Origin: Lingula anatina
Lineage: Eukaryota > Animalia > Brachiopoda
Direction of reading: 5' to 3'
DNA length: 64,000 bases
Assembly: GCA_051362555.1 (NCBI GenBank)
Contig: CM120641.1
Location: 29,270,401-29,334,400 of the forward strand
Part shown: positions 38,474-51,451 of the stretch, one piece after another
Numbering within the stretch: the stretch's first letter is position 1
Layout of the letters: each line of letters begins with the position of its first letter
Made by a program: the position numbers and the translations under genes
The notes under the pieces: model-generated
What the model was told of the DNA's origin: nothing
Seen by the model: the letters and a program-made list of their open reading frames with translations, nothing else
Database searches by the model: none

Positions 38474-41400
38474 GATTGTTTACCTATGTGACTGAAGTAT
38501 GAAGGGAGCTAAATTGCTTAAAAGTTTTTTTTTTAAGTAGCATTTTGGGACATAGGGTCAAATAAAATTTAAAAACAAAAAAATTCAGTGGATGATCGTA
38601 GTATAAGGTTTCACTATATGTCTGACTAGGAACCATTATTCATTTGTAATACAACATTTATAAAATATTACTTTCACTTGTAAAATATCAGATTTCTTTG
38701 TCAATTGATGTAAAAAAGAATATTTTATTTCCAGGAATTTAAGAGAAATGTCTCAAAAGTGAATGGCGGAGAGGATTTTGACCAGGAAATGTTGGAAGAA
38801 ATTTATACTGCTATAAAGTGAGTACACCTTTTTCATTAAAATTTGGGTAATAAAGGTTCACATTGAAGGGTGCCTAATAGAGATTGAATTTCCTTTTACT
38901 TTCTTCAGATTTTATGTTTTTTCATTATTTTTATAATGATTTGATGAACCAGTTAGGATCTGATGTGAATTATGAATCGTATTTCAGGGGAGATGAAATT
39001 TTACTGCCAGAAGAACACACTGGTCACGTGAAAGAAAACTATATGTGGAAGGTAAGTTTCAGGTGTAATGGTGGAAAAGTTGTGAGGCCTTTGAGTTATT
39101 TAATGGAAACTTGAGTTCCTTTTAAATGTTTTAGTGTGACATACTAAGATGATAAAAAATGCAGCAGTAAAAACCTTTAATAATATGTAACAGCTTAAAA
39201 AGCTGCTGCATGTGCTTGACATGGTGTTAAAATATTTATTAATGTTTAAAGATTATTTTGAATTCTTGGGTCATTCTAGCATAATTTATTCTAATCAAGC
39301 TAAAATATCCAACAAGTCACTTGTAATTTTTATAGGAAATGATAATGATTATGAAGATAATTGTCAATTCTGTCAACCAAAGTAAATTATCCTAAGTATT
39401 GGTAATATAAATTTCCTACACTTGTTTGGTGAAGCCTTGCCAATCCTACTATTTTCTAGTTACTATTGAAGAGAGGAGGGTCCAAGGATACAGCTTTCAT
39501 CCACTGCCCTACAGGATCATTTGACCATGAACTGTTCACACTGATTTGGGGTCCCACTGTGGCTGCCCTGTCATTTGTGTTTGACAAGAGCATGGATGAG
39601 TCCATCATACAGAAGGCTGTGTCTGGTTTCAGGTAGTTACATTTTACACTGCCTGTATGTTTGATTATCAGTAGCAGTCATAGAGGAAAAATGAAGTAGA
39701 AAGGTCACAGTGAAAAAGTATTAAAAAATAAAAAAAAAAGCTTACTATAGATAGACATGTTTAAAGATGAGAAATTACATTGAAAAAATTGTTGCTGATT
39801 AACCTTTTAATTAACAGTGATTAAAAGTTGAGTTGTAAGTAGCACAGTACTCACTTGAAGAAATGTCAAAACCAAGCTCATTGCTGATAAACCTTCAGAA
39901 TGGATATTGATGATAGTAGATAATTGAGATGCAACGATGCTTCTTGCATTACCCAGACTATTAATGTTTTAACTTATTAAAACTCTTTATTTTCCAGAAA
40001 ATGTGCAATGATATCTGCCTACTATGGCATTAGTGATGTATTTGATAATCTAGTCATTTCCTTGTGCAAGTTTACATCACTGCTGAGCACATCAGAGGTA
40101 AAATACTAACTTATAGAACATATGTTGTGATTTTTTAAAAAACTACTAGATGTCATCTGCTCATTTTAATATAAGCATTTTATCTTTTTTGTCCTTTAAG
40201 TGAAACTTATCAGGCTTACAGCAAACTTATAAAAAATTGAAAATGTTTGTACTCCTTATATATGCATGGAAATGAAGTGATTTTTAGATAGATTCCTTAA
40301 GATAAGATGCATCTGTATCACACACTTGGTACAAGGACTAATCATCACATTGTTCCTCACTGGTGTATCTGTTTTGTTCCAGACAGCAGAACACATTCCT
40401 GTGACCTTTGGTAATAACACTAAAGCCCAGCTGGCAGCTCGCACTGTGTTTGGACTAGCACACAGACACGGGGACATACTCAGAGAGGGCTGGAAGAATA
40501 TCATTGACTGCATGCTACAGCTCTTTAGAGCTAAGCTACTGCCTGAAGTTTTTGTAAAGGTGATGATTAATGTGTGTTTGAAAATACAGAACTTATTGAT
40601 GATATAAAATAATTGTGACTTGCAATTTGCCATTTGCATTTTGTTTAGATATAATTACATTGTCAGTTATCATGATTTTGTAGCATGAAGCACCATGAAC
40701 TGGCTGTTTGATTAATTTAATGTAATTTTCAAGGTGGAAGATTTCCTGGACCCCAGTGGGAGAATTTCCCTTATCAAAGAGGAGACAAAGGATCATGGGT
40801 AAAATTGATTATTTTGATAGACTTATATAGAAAAATTCTCAGTATACATGCCAGTCCTCTGATTATAATAGAAGCTTATTGTCCCTTGCCATTACTAAAA
40901 GGAGGTCACCTTATTGTTTTAATTTTTGTTCACAATTTTTGTAGAATTGTACTTTTTGTGGTATTTCTTCATTTGTTTTGTGTCTTTTTTGTTAACTTGA
41001 AAGAGAAACAGAATGCCAAAACTGCCTTAAGTCTTTATTTTCTTATAACACAGAATTTGCCTCAACTCTATCTTAACATTTATATCTCAACAGTATACTG
41101 ATCCTTAATAATGTAACGTCACGAAACAATTGTCTTGAATTGCAAAAAAATTAAATAAATAAATAAATAAATAAAGTAAAATCATATTAGTTAAAGTAAC
41201 CTATTCCATGTGTGATGGCTGAATGTGTCCTAGCAAATGGTGTGAAGTGTGTTTCAAATATTTATATAATGTTTGTACATCAAATTTAGAGGTAATTTAC
41301 TATTTCAAAAATGCAAAAGTTTATGGTGATAAGTGTAAAAGAGATACTTTTTTGCAATACTAGTTAAAAAAATTCATCAACTTAGTATAGACTTCAAAGA

Positions 41401-42691
41401 TTGTTATTTTTTCATACGCAAAACATTATAGAGGCTTACATATAAGCTAAAAATAATGTTTTCTTGTTTACAAACAACCGTCTTTGAACAAGTTTTATTT
41501 TATTTTATTCCACAGGCCTGAATCTAGTGTGTTTAGTTCTCTGTACTCCATCTTTGTGACTGAGCAGCCAAATCAAAAGGGTCCCACTCCAGAAGAGGAG
41601 CAGGCCACTAAGAAAGCACAGAACTGTATCAGAGAGTGCCACACAGAACAGCTCATACAAGACAGTAAATTCCTCAGGATAGATTCTCTGCAAGAACTTA
41701 TCAAGGTTATTTCACTATGCCATATTTTTTTTCTCAGAAATATGCTTGATTTGTCCTTATTAAGGTGGGAAATAAAAATCTTCTTTATATGCTGTTTTAT
41801 TTGTTTATTTCAGACCTCTAAACATATATTGACTATCAAATACATTGTATATTATGAAACTTGAATTAATGGAAAATTTTTGCTTATTTTTTCAGGCCTT
41901 GATATTTGCCTCTAACAATGCTCTCGAAAACCCTGAATCCATTGGCTTGCACTGTGATGATGACGTTCAGCATGTGTTCTACTTAGAACTCCTGATTAAA
42001 GTGGTTCTTCAGAACAGGTATTGTTTTATCTCAACTGTCAAAGACAACTGACTCATACTTTCACTCTAGCTTCAATTGAGACAACTATTAAAATGCAACT
42101 TTGGGTTTATATGTATACATTTCAAGAACAATTTTTGTCGAAAGGTCAGCATTAAGCCATAAAAAAATTGTTCATCAATAAGGCTCTATTCCCATAGATT
42201 TTAGATCGATCTATCCCCGCGGGGAGTCTCACTAGATTACTTTCAGATAATCCGACTTAAATGTCCGTCCCGCCTACTACAAGCTGTAAGAGGGTAATTA
42301 ACTTTCGTGTCCGCCCGGCTGACAGCTATTTAGCGTGAACCCCCAGGGAGTTAGGTCGATCTAAAGTAGGTCGATCTAAACTATGGAAATGGAGTGTAAG
42401 ACAAAATCTCCTCCTTCCAATGCAAACTTCTCCGTATTTACAGAGACAGAGTAGCTCCTATCTGGCAGGCAGTTCGAGAACACTTCTATAGTTTGATAGT
42501 GAATGCCAGTGCTCACACATTCCTGGTTGAGAGAGCTGTGGTGGGGCTGCTCAGACTGGCCATTAGGTTACTGAGGAGAGAAGAGGTGGCATCACAGGCA
42601 AGTTGCTCATAGTTGAATAATTATTAGAAAAATACATAGAAAGATGTGCCCCTTCTGCTACTTTAAACATTTCACACTCATTTTTCCTGGC

Positions 42692-42738
<47 letters not shown>

Positions 42739-45700
42739 TTTGTTTGTTTGAAGATAAGAATCAGAAGTGTGGATGCATTTTGAATTTTTATTAGCTTGTG
42801 TATATCTTATTGATTGGTCAACATTTACTTTGACTGTTAATGATCTGCCTCAAATACCCTGGGTCTTTTCCAAATATCCCTGCTGTCTTAAAATGAGTTC
42901 ACATTTGTTTCACTCTGTTCTGTTTCATATATACACCATAATTAAAAAAACTAACCACAAACATGTCTTGGTTATTTAGGTTTTACTGTCTCTGAGGATG
43001 CTACTGATGATGAAACCAGAGATCATCCACTCACTGTGTCGTCAAGTCACCTTTGGTCTGCATGAATTATTGAGGACTAATGCTGCTAATATCCACTCCT
43101 CTGAGGACTGGTATACGCTGTTCACACTGCTGGAGGTGGCTGGGGCTGGGGCCAGTCCTCCACCCGTCATGCAGACTGGGAGTGGAGTGGATGTGGCTGA
43201 AAGTCTGGTAGATGCAGGTAAATGGGTCTGTTGATAGTTATTTGGTTTGATAATTAACATTTGCATGCATTCATGTATTCTAGGCACATGCACAAACCTA
43301 ATGAAAAATTTTCTATTTTATCCTTAGATTAAGTGGCATGTAAAATTACATTGTGCAACTGTAAAATGATATTTCCTTTTAACTTTTTACTTATACACAT
43401 CTTAAGTGATTTTGTTGAAAGCTAACTTTCAAATGTGTCTAGTATTGCCTGTTTTGTAATTACCTGTGTCATCACATGGTGATTAAATGTTACTTCCAAA
43501 TCCCTTTTGCCAGTTCATGAAAAATAATAAATCTATCTATTTTTCTCTTCCTGAAGGTGCTCAGAGTGATAGTGAGATAGGAACAGACCATGTACCCAGT
43601 GAATACAGTGACAGAGGGTATACCTCAGACAGTGAGCTGTATGAGGCACTTCAGACTAAGCATCAGAAAACCAGCACTGAGGTAGATCTAAATGTGAGGC
43701 CTTCCAATGGCAGCTGGCTGGTGGTAAGTGGAAGCAAATGGTGTTACAGTAACAAAGTAATCAGACTTGAAGGCAGTTTAATGTGATCACTTTTACAATC
43801 TTCATGTACTACATTTACTTTCAAACACTTGTTCTGGTTAACTTTGTCTGCCCATAGCTGCCACTGTCACTGACGTTGTCTGACACATTTGTTAATACTA
43901 TAACTGCCTAGCCATATTTTTATTTTAATTCACGTTTACTAGGAGGCTCCTAACAGCTTTGTTTGCCTGTTTGAAGATTTGTTGTCTTTTTAACATTTTA
44001 ATCAAGTGGACAATATTGATTCACAGGATCTTGTCACATTCTTTTTGTCAAAAAGTTCCCAAATATTCTTTGTCATTCCTTTACTTGATATTACATCTAG
44101 AAAATAAAACAAAATTGTATACTTTTTTCCAGGTGAATAAAGAGGAATGTGAAAGAGCAATGTTAGTGAACCAGTATAGTATTGAATTAAGAGACAGGCT
44201 ACAGCCACATGATACCAAGTCTTTAATGAAGGCCTCGGAAAGCCTGGCATTCCTTGTGCGTGATGCTGCCCATGTGACACCACACAACTTTGAGAACTGT
44301 GTTCACGCTATTAGGATGTTTGTGGAAGCCAGCGTGAATGGAGGTAGGTGGTCAAGAACCTCCTTTTATTACCGTGTGTCAAGATTGGGGCTAACTTTAC
44401 TGGGTTAAGGATGCGTTTGAAGAGAGTTGACATGTCTATCATTGCCACTAAATGCTGACCAAATGCCATCCGTAGGTGTGTCGACTTTATTTGAGTCATA
44501 TAGGAAACTAGTAGAAGTGGTTTATATGTGTCACATCTTAGCTAGCTTCACATGTAACTTTAAGTCATATCTAGATTGAAACTTCATTTTGCTTGATATA
44601 TATCAAGAGCAGTATAGTTATATGAGTTACAAAGGATTAAGATTGTTTGAATACAGTGACAGAAAAAAAAATTGGAAAAATTAATGTGCCAGTTTATCTT
44701 ACTTTTTCATTCAAATATTTCTATCTTTGGTGTGCGAGGCAGTGAATATCTTAATAAAGAAAATCTATGGCTATGTCTGAAGGATGTTTGAAATTGAAAT
44801 CTGGTGGGTGCATGTTTTGGTATGGATGGAGGCAATATTTTAAGAACATCTGAAATGATCAGAACTCTTCATTTCCTCTACTTCTAGGCTCCCACTTAAA
44901 CAAACATCTTTTAAAGCCAAAAGTTCATGAAAAGAAAGGCCACAAACATGGTCAAAAAAAAGGAGATAAAATGAAAAAATCCAAATCCTCTCCTGCTCAC
45001 ATAGCACATGTCACAAACTCGGATGATGAAGAAGAGTTTGAAAACACTACTGGAGCTTATCACTCGCTATCAATACAGGTACCTTTTGTGAATTCATGTT
45101 TATTTTGTAATATGTTTGCATGTATGTAGACTATTTTTTAATGTTTGATATGGCCCAGCAGTGGGTTAAGTGCTGAAAGCCAACTGTTGCGACTTGGCTT
45201 AACTTAACAGCATAGAGGACTTGTAATCAGTGGATGGCATTGATTAATACTTTCAGTTCTCATTATGTTAAAAATACCACAGCTGTAATACTAGTTTTTT
45301 TCTGAGCAACCATTATCAAACTTTGTTCCAGCTACTGGATTTGATGCACACAGATCCAGAGTTGTAATGCTAGGGTTTTTTTTCTGAGTAACCATTATCA
45401 AACTTTGCTTCAGCTTCTGGATTTGATGCACACCTTACACACCAGGGCAGCCTCAATATTTGGTTCCTGGGCAGAGGAGGAGGATGGGCAGGGAAAAGAT
45501 AGTATAGATGCTGGCTCTGGCACTCTGTGGATAAAATGCTGGTGTCCACTTTTGCAGGGTATGTAAAGTAATGTCGGGTAGCACCGGCTTTGAAATTTTA
45601 TATAGTTTTTATATAGGTTATGCAGCAATTTTTTAATAAGAAAAATTTCTGCAATGTATATTTCTCAAGTTTGTCATAGGATAGTGCCCTAAATTAGAAA

Positions 45701-48700
45701 ATATTGTTTGGTAAAATGTAACATGGTTGGAGGAGTGTGTATTTCCAACATTTTTTGTTTTACACTTTAACATCAAAACATTTTAACTGTAGTGGCCTCT
45801 GAGAAAATAAATCACATTGGGGGTAGTGAAGGGAAGAACATTTTCAATCCATTTACTCTATTTTGCCTCTATCAAAAAATAACATAAATGTCTTTTTTGT
45901 TGTAGGTATTGCTCGCCTCTGCTGTGATGCCAGGAGAGCAGTTAGAAGTCAAGCACTTACATACCTACAGAGGGCTTTACTGGTCCATGACTTGCAAACT
46001 CTGTCCCCTACAGAATGGGAATCCTGTTTTAATAAGGTAATTAGAAGTTTGATGTGAATCTTCTCAGTTTTGCAATGTCAGTTTTTGGCATTATATTTTT
46101 AAAAAATATTTTTTCCTGTGGTGAGCAAATTTATTTGAGTATGAATGAAGCTCCTTTGTATATACATTTATGTACATTTTAAATACTAGCCAGAAGATCA
46201 CAGAGAAGAAAGTAATTTTGTAAGGACAAGTTTGAAAGTCTTAGGTCTGGGAGATATTAAATGACCTGTGCCCTCTAGAGGTCAGTTAAGATATATGATA
46301 TTATTTATGCTTTAAGCATCTAATTGTTCATAGAAAGCATAAAATATGTAACTTTACTTCTATTCACCTGCATAGGTCCTGTTCCCACTTCTTGCCAAAC
46401 TTCTAGAAAACATCTGCACGCAAGATCCTGTGGGACTGGAGGAGACTAGGATGAGAGGATCTACTTTACTCTGCAAGGTACCCTTGATGTGTTACATTGT
46501 GAAATGCTATTAAATGCAAACCAAAACTTGACTCTAGTTAGTGAACTGTTGGTTTTTATAGTCAAAAGATTAGTTTAGTTTGACATATATTTGGATATTC
46601 TTAACTTTAGATTTAAATTTTTTAGCTGAAAGATTTTCCATGGTAAATTGACTGGAAAATTATTAATAAAAATTTTGTTTGTAAATAGATCAAGCGCCAA
46701 GTATATGTATGGAAAAAATCATGATCATAAAGTATTTAATAATACTATATTAATGATTTTGTCTATCTCGTGAATATGATTATAAATCTAAATGATCTAC
46801 TTTGATATTAATTTCTTGTTCCAGGTTTTCTTACAGCACTTGAATCCACTGCTTTCCCTGCCCACATTTACAGCCCTGTGGCTGACCATACTGGATTACA
46901 TGGACAAATACATGCATGCTGATAAGAGTGACCTCTTGGTAAGAAACTTAATCCTATGCACATTAAGGCTTCGGCGTAATTACTGGCAGCGCGAGCCAGT
47001 TACTATAAGTTACTATAAGTAACTGGCTCACGCTGCCAGTAATTACGCGGCGGGATATTCAGGGCACAGACCGTGATCATAAGACATACCGCAAATAGAA
47101 AATAGAATTTAGAAAATAGACATTGCATGTGAACGAAGCCTAAGTGACATGCTATTACCACTGAATATGTGTAGGGCTGTTTGCTAAAGGGTAGTACTTG
47201 ATTTGTAAACTCTTGAACTCTTCTTTGTCATTTTATGATATATAAATGAAAAGTATCTTTGTTTTAATTAAAAGCCTAAAAAGTCAAACATTTAGGATTA
47301 ATCATTGTTTTTGATGATGTCTGGGTGAAGATGGTGAATTATCATTGTGTAATGCCGGGTGTACTCCAACTTATGTCTGGTACACTTTTATTTATACAAA
47401 TACTCTTATACAAAAGCAGTGTTTGAACAGAAGGTTGTGTCTTTGACATAAAAGACATAGTATTGCCAAACTCATGATTTTTGTTTTCAGTATGAGGCTA
47501 TTCCTGAGTCACTGAAGAACATGTTACTGGTGATGGAGACAGCAAGGATCTTCACACCTGAGGAGGAAGAGTCACAGTTGTGGAAACTAACCTGGGATAG
47601 AATTGACAGTTTTCTACCAACTCTTAGAACAGAATTGTTTAAGCCACCAGGTAAACCAGCAACCTTTTCTTAAATGTGATAGAAAGAAATGGAATTGTTC
47701 AGTCCACTGTTTTCATTCTACACCTTAGTTGCCCTTTGAGGTGTAAAAGTTTGCTTGTGTAGAGAAAATGAAAGAATAGAAAGTATTTAACACTATTTTA
47801 AGCATTTTGTGTGTGAGATAAGTTTGCCTGAAATAAATACAAATATTTTGTGAAAATTATTTTATCACATTATAGTAATAATTTTCTCTTATAATATTTC
47901 TGGTTTACAGAAGAGAAGAAACCAACCGAGCAACAGACCACTCCTCCTGAACCACAGGTTATTGAACATAACTCTCAAGCTGAACCAAACACTCCTCTAC
48001 TACAACAACAACCTGCAGAACAGCAGCAGCAGCAGCAACAACAAAAACAACAACAACCTGGGCCTGAGCAATGTCAGCAGCAGCAATCAGTGGCACAGTT
48101 GCACCCAATACAACAACAGCTACAGCAACCACAGCAGACCAACGGTGTGGTGGCGCAAAGCACATGGGGTTCAGGTAAGATTTCTCTAGTGTTGGGCTTA
48201 TGGTGGGAATAAGCCACATAAAACTTCTTGGGCATTTGTAAGAGCTGAATATAAGATTTTGAAAGATGTATGTTAAAATAAAGTGGTACTTTTATTATAT
48301 ATTTAGTATGTAGTGTTCATAAAGTTTTTATTCAAAAAGTTTATCGTATACTTGTTTTTATGTAAAGTCTACTGAACATTTTAAATGAATTTTAGCCTTA
48401 AAATTTATTATTATTATTATTATTAAAAATGTATTTGATTTTCCTCCATTATGCTAGCTTTAATTGCTTTCCTTTCTTGTGGTTATCATGCATAAAATTC
48501 TGAAGTTTGCCTCCTTCACATTCATGTAACCAGATCAAACTGTATTCTAGGAGGCAGCCCCATGAGACCTGCCAGCCCCCTGACAGATGAGACTCCACTG
48601 CCCCCAACCTCCACCTACATCCTGCACCCTCCTCTGCCTACAGTGGTCTCCCCACTGAAGCCAGGCATGCCTCTACAGCCTCTACAGCACCAGCATCAAG

Positions 48701-48771
48701 TGCCATTATTGCTGAACCCTGACCTGATACAGGCAGGAATGCCTCTGTTATCACCACAGGTACTTAACTAA
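27339..48771 (+). CDS. GBF1: Golgi brefeldin A-resistant Arf guanine nucleotide exchange factor 1, complete, 39 coding exons
   Basis: Exons: 27339-27440, 29493-29559, 30749-30880, 31180-31298, 31610-31718, 32011-32120, 32417-32565, 32824-32974, 33144-33347, 34146-34329, 34615-34835, 35097-35195, 35461-35655, 35960-36101, 36549-36659, 37003-37103, 37321-37523, 37784-37907, 38295-38420, 38735-38817, 38988-39051, 39460-39632, 39998-40097, 40383-40559, 40734-40798, 41516-41705, 41896-42017, 42444-42597, 42980-43217, 43557-43723, 44133-44343, 44888-45078, 45414-45558, 45906-46036, 46376-46477, 46825-46938, 47491-47650, 47911-48174, 48534-48771. Diagnostic peptides: [20 protein letters not shown] (DCB), ELYLNYDCD (HUS box), FRLPGEA and [14 protein letters not shown] (Sec7), [10 protein letters not shown], and HDS segments. 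Exons in the variable linkers are less certain. Confidence 0.95.
27482..28131. repeat. 81-bp minisatellite, 8 copies, in the GBF1 intron after the first coding exon
   Basis: Unit gatcattttacttctttcttgcctcccccctcccccttatctcttttactggtatatacccttcttagtatcatgtcacat starts at 27482, 27562, 27643, 27724, 27805, 27886, 27967 and 28048. There are no spacers. Confidence 0.95.
33364..33578 (+). mobile_element. ~215-bp MITE (3-bp TSD, Harbinger-like), copy A
   Basis: Imperfect TIRs caccccatttccatag / tatgggaatagagcc with TAT on both flanks. Nearly identical to 52155-52369 and to the reverse complement of 42182-42396. Confidence 0.85.
33954..34004. repeat. (ATT)n microsatellite
   Basis: Trinucleotide run in a GBF1 intron. 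Confidence 0.9.
42182..42396 (-). mobile_element. ~215-bp MITE, copy B
   Basis: Reverse complement of the 33364 element, with TAA on both flanks. Confidence 0.85.
45281..45433 (+). repeat. Tandem duplication (~82-bp period) of a GBF1 intron end plus exon start
   Basis: ctgagcaaccattatcaaactttgttccag|ctactggatttgatgcacac versus ctgagtaaccattatcaaactttgcttcag|cttctggatttgatgcacac. Confidence 0.9.
46974..47048. repeat. 75-nt hairpin inside a possible Harbinger-like MITE remnant (~46965-47143)
   Basis: gcgtaattactggcagcgcgagccagttact / agtaactggctcacgctgccagtaattacgc, 31-bp arms with one mismatch. The outer ends taaggcttcg ... cgaagcctaa are MITE-like. Confidence 0.8.
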
Positions 48772-50533
48772 TTGGAATAACCGAAAGAAAGCTTCACTGG
48801 ATATCTTTGATTGATGACTGATTTGTGCAGGTTTTCTGCTGATTTATGTAAAGAGATAGAAAGAGCATAATATGTTATTGCTTCTGGTCTCTTTTATAAG
48901 AATTGTCTGGTACTTTTACTCAGCATACACACTTGCAGGAGCAATTGCAAATGTGTGTATATTTGTTTAGATTAAAATTTTTTAGCTCTCCATGTTGAAG
49001 GTAGTGAGAAGAATATTATCTTTTGGACATTTACATGGGAAACACATTGAATGTTGGAGTTGATATTAGATAATGCATTATTCTGCCTATTATTAAGTGC
49101 TTATTGCTGTTAATCCTGAATGTCAAACACATGTTTTGATTTGTAATAGAGTAATTTATACAATCTGTTTATGAATATGTTCCCTTGATTTATATATGTT
49201 GGCATTAACAGCAATGTTTTTTTTTTTTAATTTCAATGTGAAATTTAAATGAAAAAATATATATATTTAAGAATATCTTTTCATGTACGATTTTTAAAAG
49301 TGAGATTTTCACCATGTGCACCTCTTTATTTTAATATTTGAATCCAGCGTTCTGTTGTTATTTGTATTTCTCATATTAAGAAAGAAAATAAGTGCTTTTT
49401 TAGATTTTTATTATTTATTTATTGCCATAGTTTGCTGCTATTTACACATTTGTTTATATGTTTCAGAACACGCCTGAGAAAGTGAGTGATGCCAACAATA
49501 TGGTCTCTTCTAACCAGTGAGAGAAGATATCACTACTGTCCCCCCCCCCCCAAGATCACTTACAGTGGTTTTTACTAGTGACAGGATCCATAAGATGAAA
49601 AGATACAGCATTTGATGTTTAATTTATTAACATATTCATAAGCACTGAATTTCTTAATGAGACACTGTACAATTTTATCAGTAAACTGACTGAATTACCG
49701 AGTGACAGCTATAAATCCACTGTGATTTGGTTACATAGTGGCTTGTGCTGTGAGTGATATAATTGCTCACTTCAGCAGCTTTTGATTTTATTACTGTGAA
49801 GAAATGGTAATGGATGAAGTGAAAAAAGTAATAACAGTTGAGAAAGACTATATGCTGCATTTCCTTACAAAATATGTGAAACTACATGCTGACAAGATCA
49901 GTTAAAATTGTTTACTGAAACTATACACGAATAAGAATAAAGCCAAACATACATTAACAATAAAAACATAGTTCACAGTGTTGATTGTGTTTGTATTGAC
50001 TTTCTTAGCACATATCAATCTACAAATTGATTGCAACAAGATGGAAGTGATCATGTTTTGGGTGACTGTCTTAAAATGTCATATACATAAGTCGCATTTT
50101 AAAAATTGGGTGTATGCTGAACTTGACATATAACTTGGATATATTTTGATGAATTTCAAGTATTTTACATTTGATTTATGTACTGTTGCACTACTTTGGG
50201 GTATTTCAAATTGTTTTCAGCCCTCCCATCTCATTTTCAAATGTAACCAGTATTTTATAGATTGTTAAGGTCTAAACCCAATGCAGTAGGAGATTTTCTC
50301 ATAAAGAATCCCCTCATATTTTTACATGACCTGAGTACTGGGTCAGTCCTGGTTTTCACATCTGAAATTGGTGATGAGGTTGGACAAAACTGTCAAGAAT
50401 ATGAAAAATAGTATATATATTCCTGCGGTGTCATCCAGTTCAATTCGGTGTCACAGTACGTGTATCTTTACGTTATGAATGTAGGAATGGTACCTACTGT
50501 CTGAAATGTTTGTTTTTTTCAATGACAAGAGGC

Positions 50534-51451
50534 TCACATGTTATACACCTTCACGAAGTTGTACTGATCGCCGGTGGTGACGAACAGTTGATTATGGGCT
50601 GCAACCCCCTTTGGCATTGGTGTGCTTGTGATGATCTCTGACATGTACTTGAGATCGGATGACCACATTTGAACACGGGAATTCCCCTCATCGGCAATGT
50701 ATATGTAACCCTTTCTGTCGATGCAAATCCCTTTTGGGCGGTTGAATTGTCCTAGCCCAGTACCTAGCCCACCGATCTCCTGAATGAAATCGCCATTACG
50801 ATCAAAAATTTTCACGGCGTTATTGCCCATATCTGTGACAAAAACGCGTCCGTTTTCATCTACGGCAACACCCATGGGTTGATAGAATGGACGCTGGGGT
50901 TGAGGCCGGAGCTCGCTGACGAGCTCTCCGTATTTGTTATGAATTGTCACTTTGTTCAGACTGGTGTCTGTGACGTACATGTTTCCTGTGCGCCAGTCGC
51001 AAGAAACATCGGATGGCTCTCGGAATATCGTGCGACCGAATTCTCCTACCTCTTCAAGGCAACCGCTTTTAAAGTTAATACGAAGAAGCACTACTCGCCT
51101 GTTCCCAGTGTCTGCGACGGTGAAGTGAAGTTCGGGGATGGGACTGTATTTAACACTCCTTGGGGCAAGCAGCTCTCCCTTGTTGGTTCCTTGGCCCTGG
51201 ACACCGTAGGGTGGGAAAACGACGCTGTGGGTATGGGTGTTGAACACTTGGATCCTGTTGTTGTCGGTATCGGCCACGGCTATGTCCCCAGTGCTGCTGG
51301 TGTCAAGAAACCATGGCCAGTAGAGCTCGTCCTGCTTAAAGCCGATTCTACCAAATTCTGTGATCTGAGGCACCCTGTTGAGTGCGTTTTCTGGTGCCCC
51401 TCTCGGCGGGGGAATTAATACTGGCTGTGGACCATACGGACTGAATGACAT
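50534..51451 (-). CDS. Stand-alone NHL-repeat (beta-propeller) protein, CDS uninterrupted by introns, 305 aa
   Basis: Repeated NHL motifs: IAVADTDNNRIQVF, VADTGNRRV, PSDVSCD...YVTDTSLNKV, PMGVAVDENGRVFVTDMGNNAVKIF, FNRPKGICID..GYIYIADEGNSRVQMW. The ORF-track start at 51478 is GTG. The first ATG is 51451, with an in-frame TAA upstream at 51509-51511. Confidence 0.85.
   Translation of the reverse strand: MSFSPYGPQPVLIPPPRGAPENALNRVPQITEFGRIGFKQDELYWPWFLDTSSTGDIAVADTDNNRIQVFNTHTHSVVFPPYGVQGQGTNKGELLAPRSVKYSPIPELHFTVADTGNRRVVLLRINFKSGCLEEVGEFGRTIFREPSDVSCDWRTGNMYVTDTSLNKVTIHNKYGELVSELRPQPQRPFYQPMGVAVDENGRVFVTDMGNNAVKIFDRNGDFIQEIGGLGTGLGQFNRPKGICIDRKGYIYIADEGNSRVQMWSSDLKYMSEIITSTPMPKGVAAHNQLFVTTGDQYNFVKVYNM

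Noticed and set aside
50879-51418. 179-aa ORF antisense to the NHL gene
   Set aside because: Shadow ORF of a GC-richer coding strand with no recognisable motif. The same applies to the antisense and alternative-frame ORFs over the GPCR exons (6720-7170, 9066-9597).
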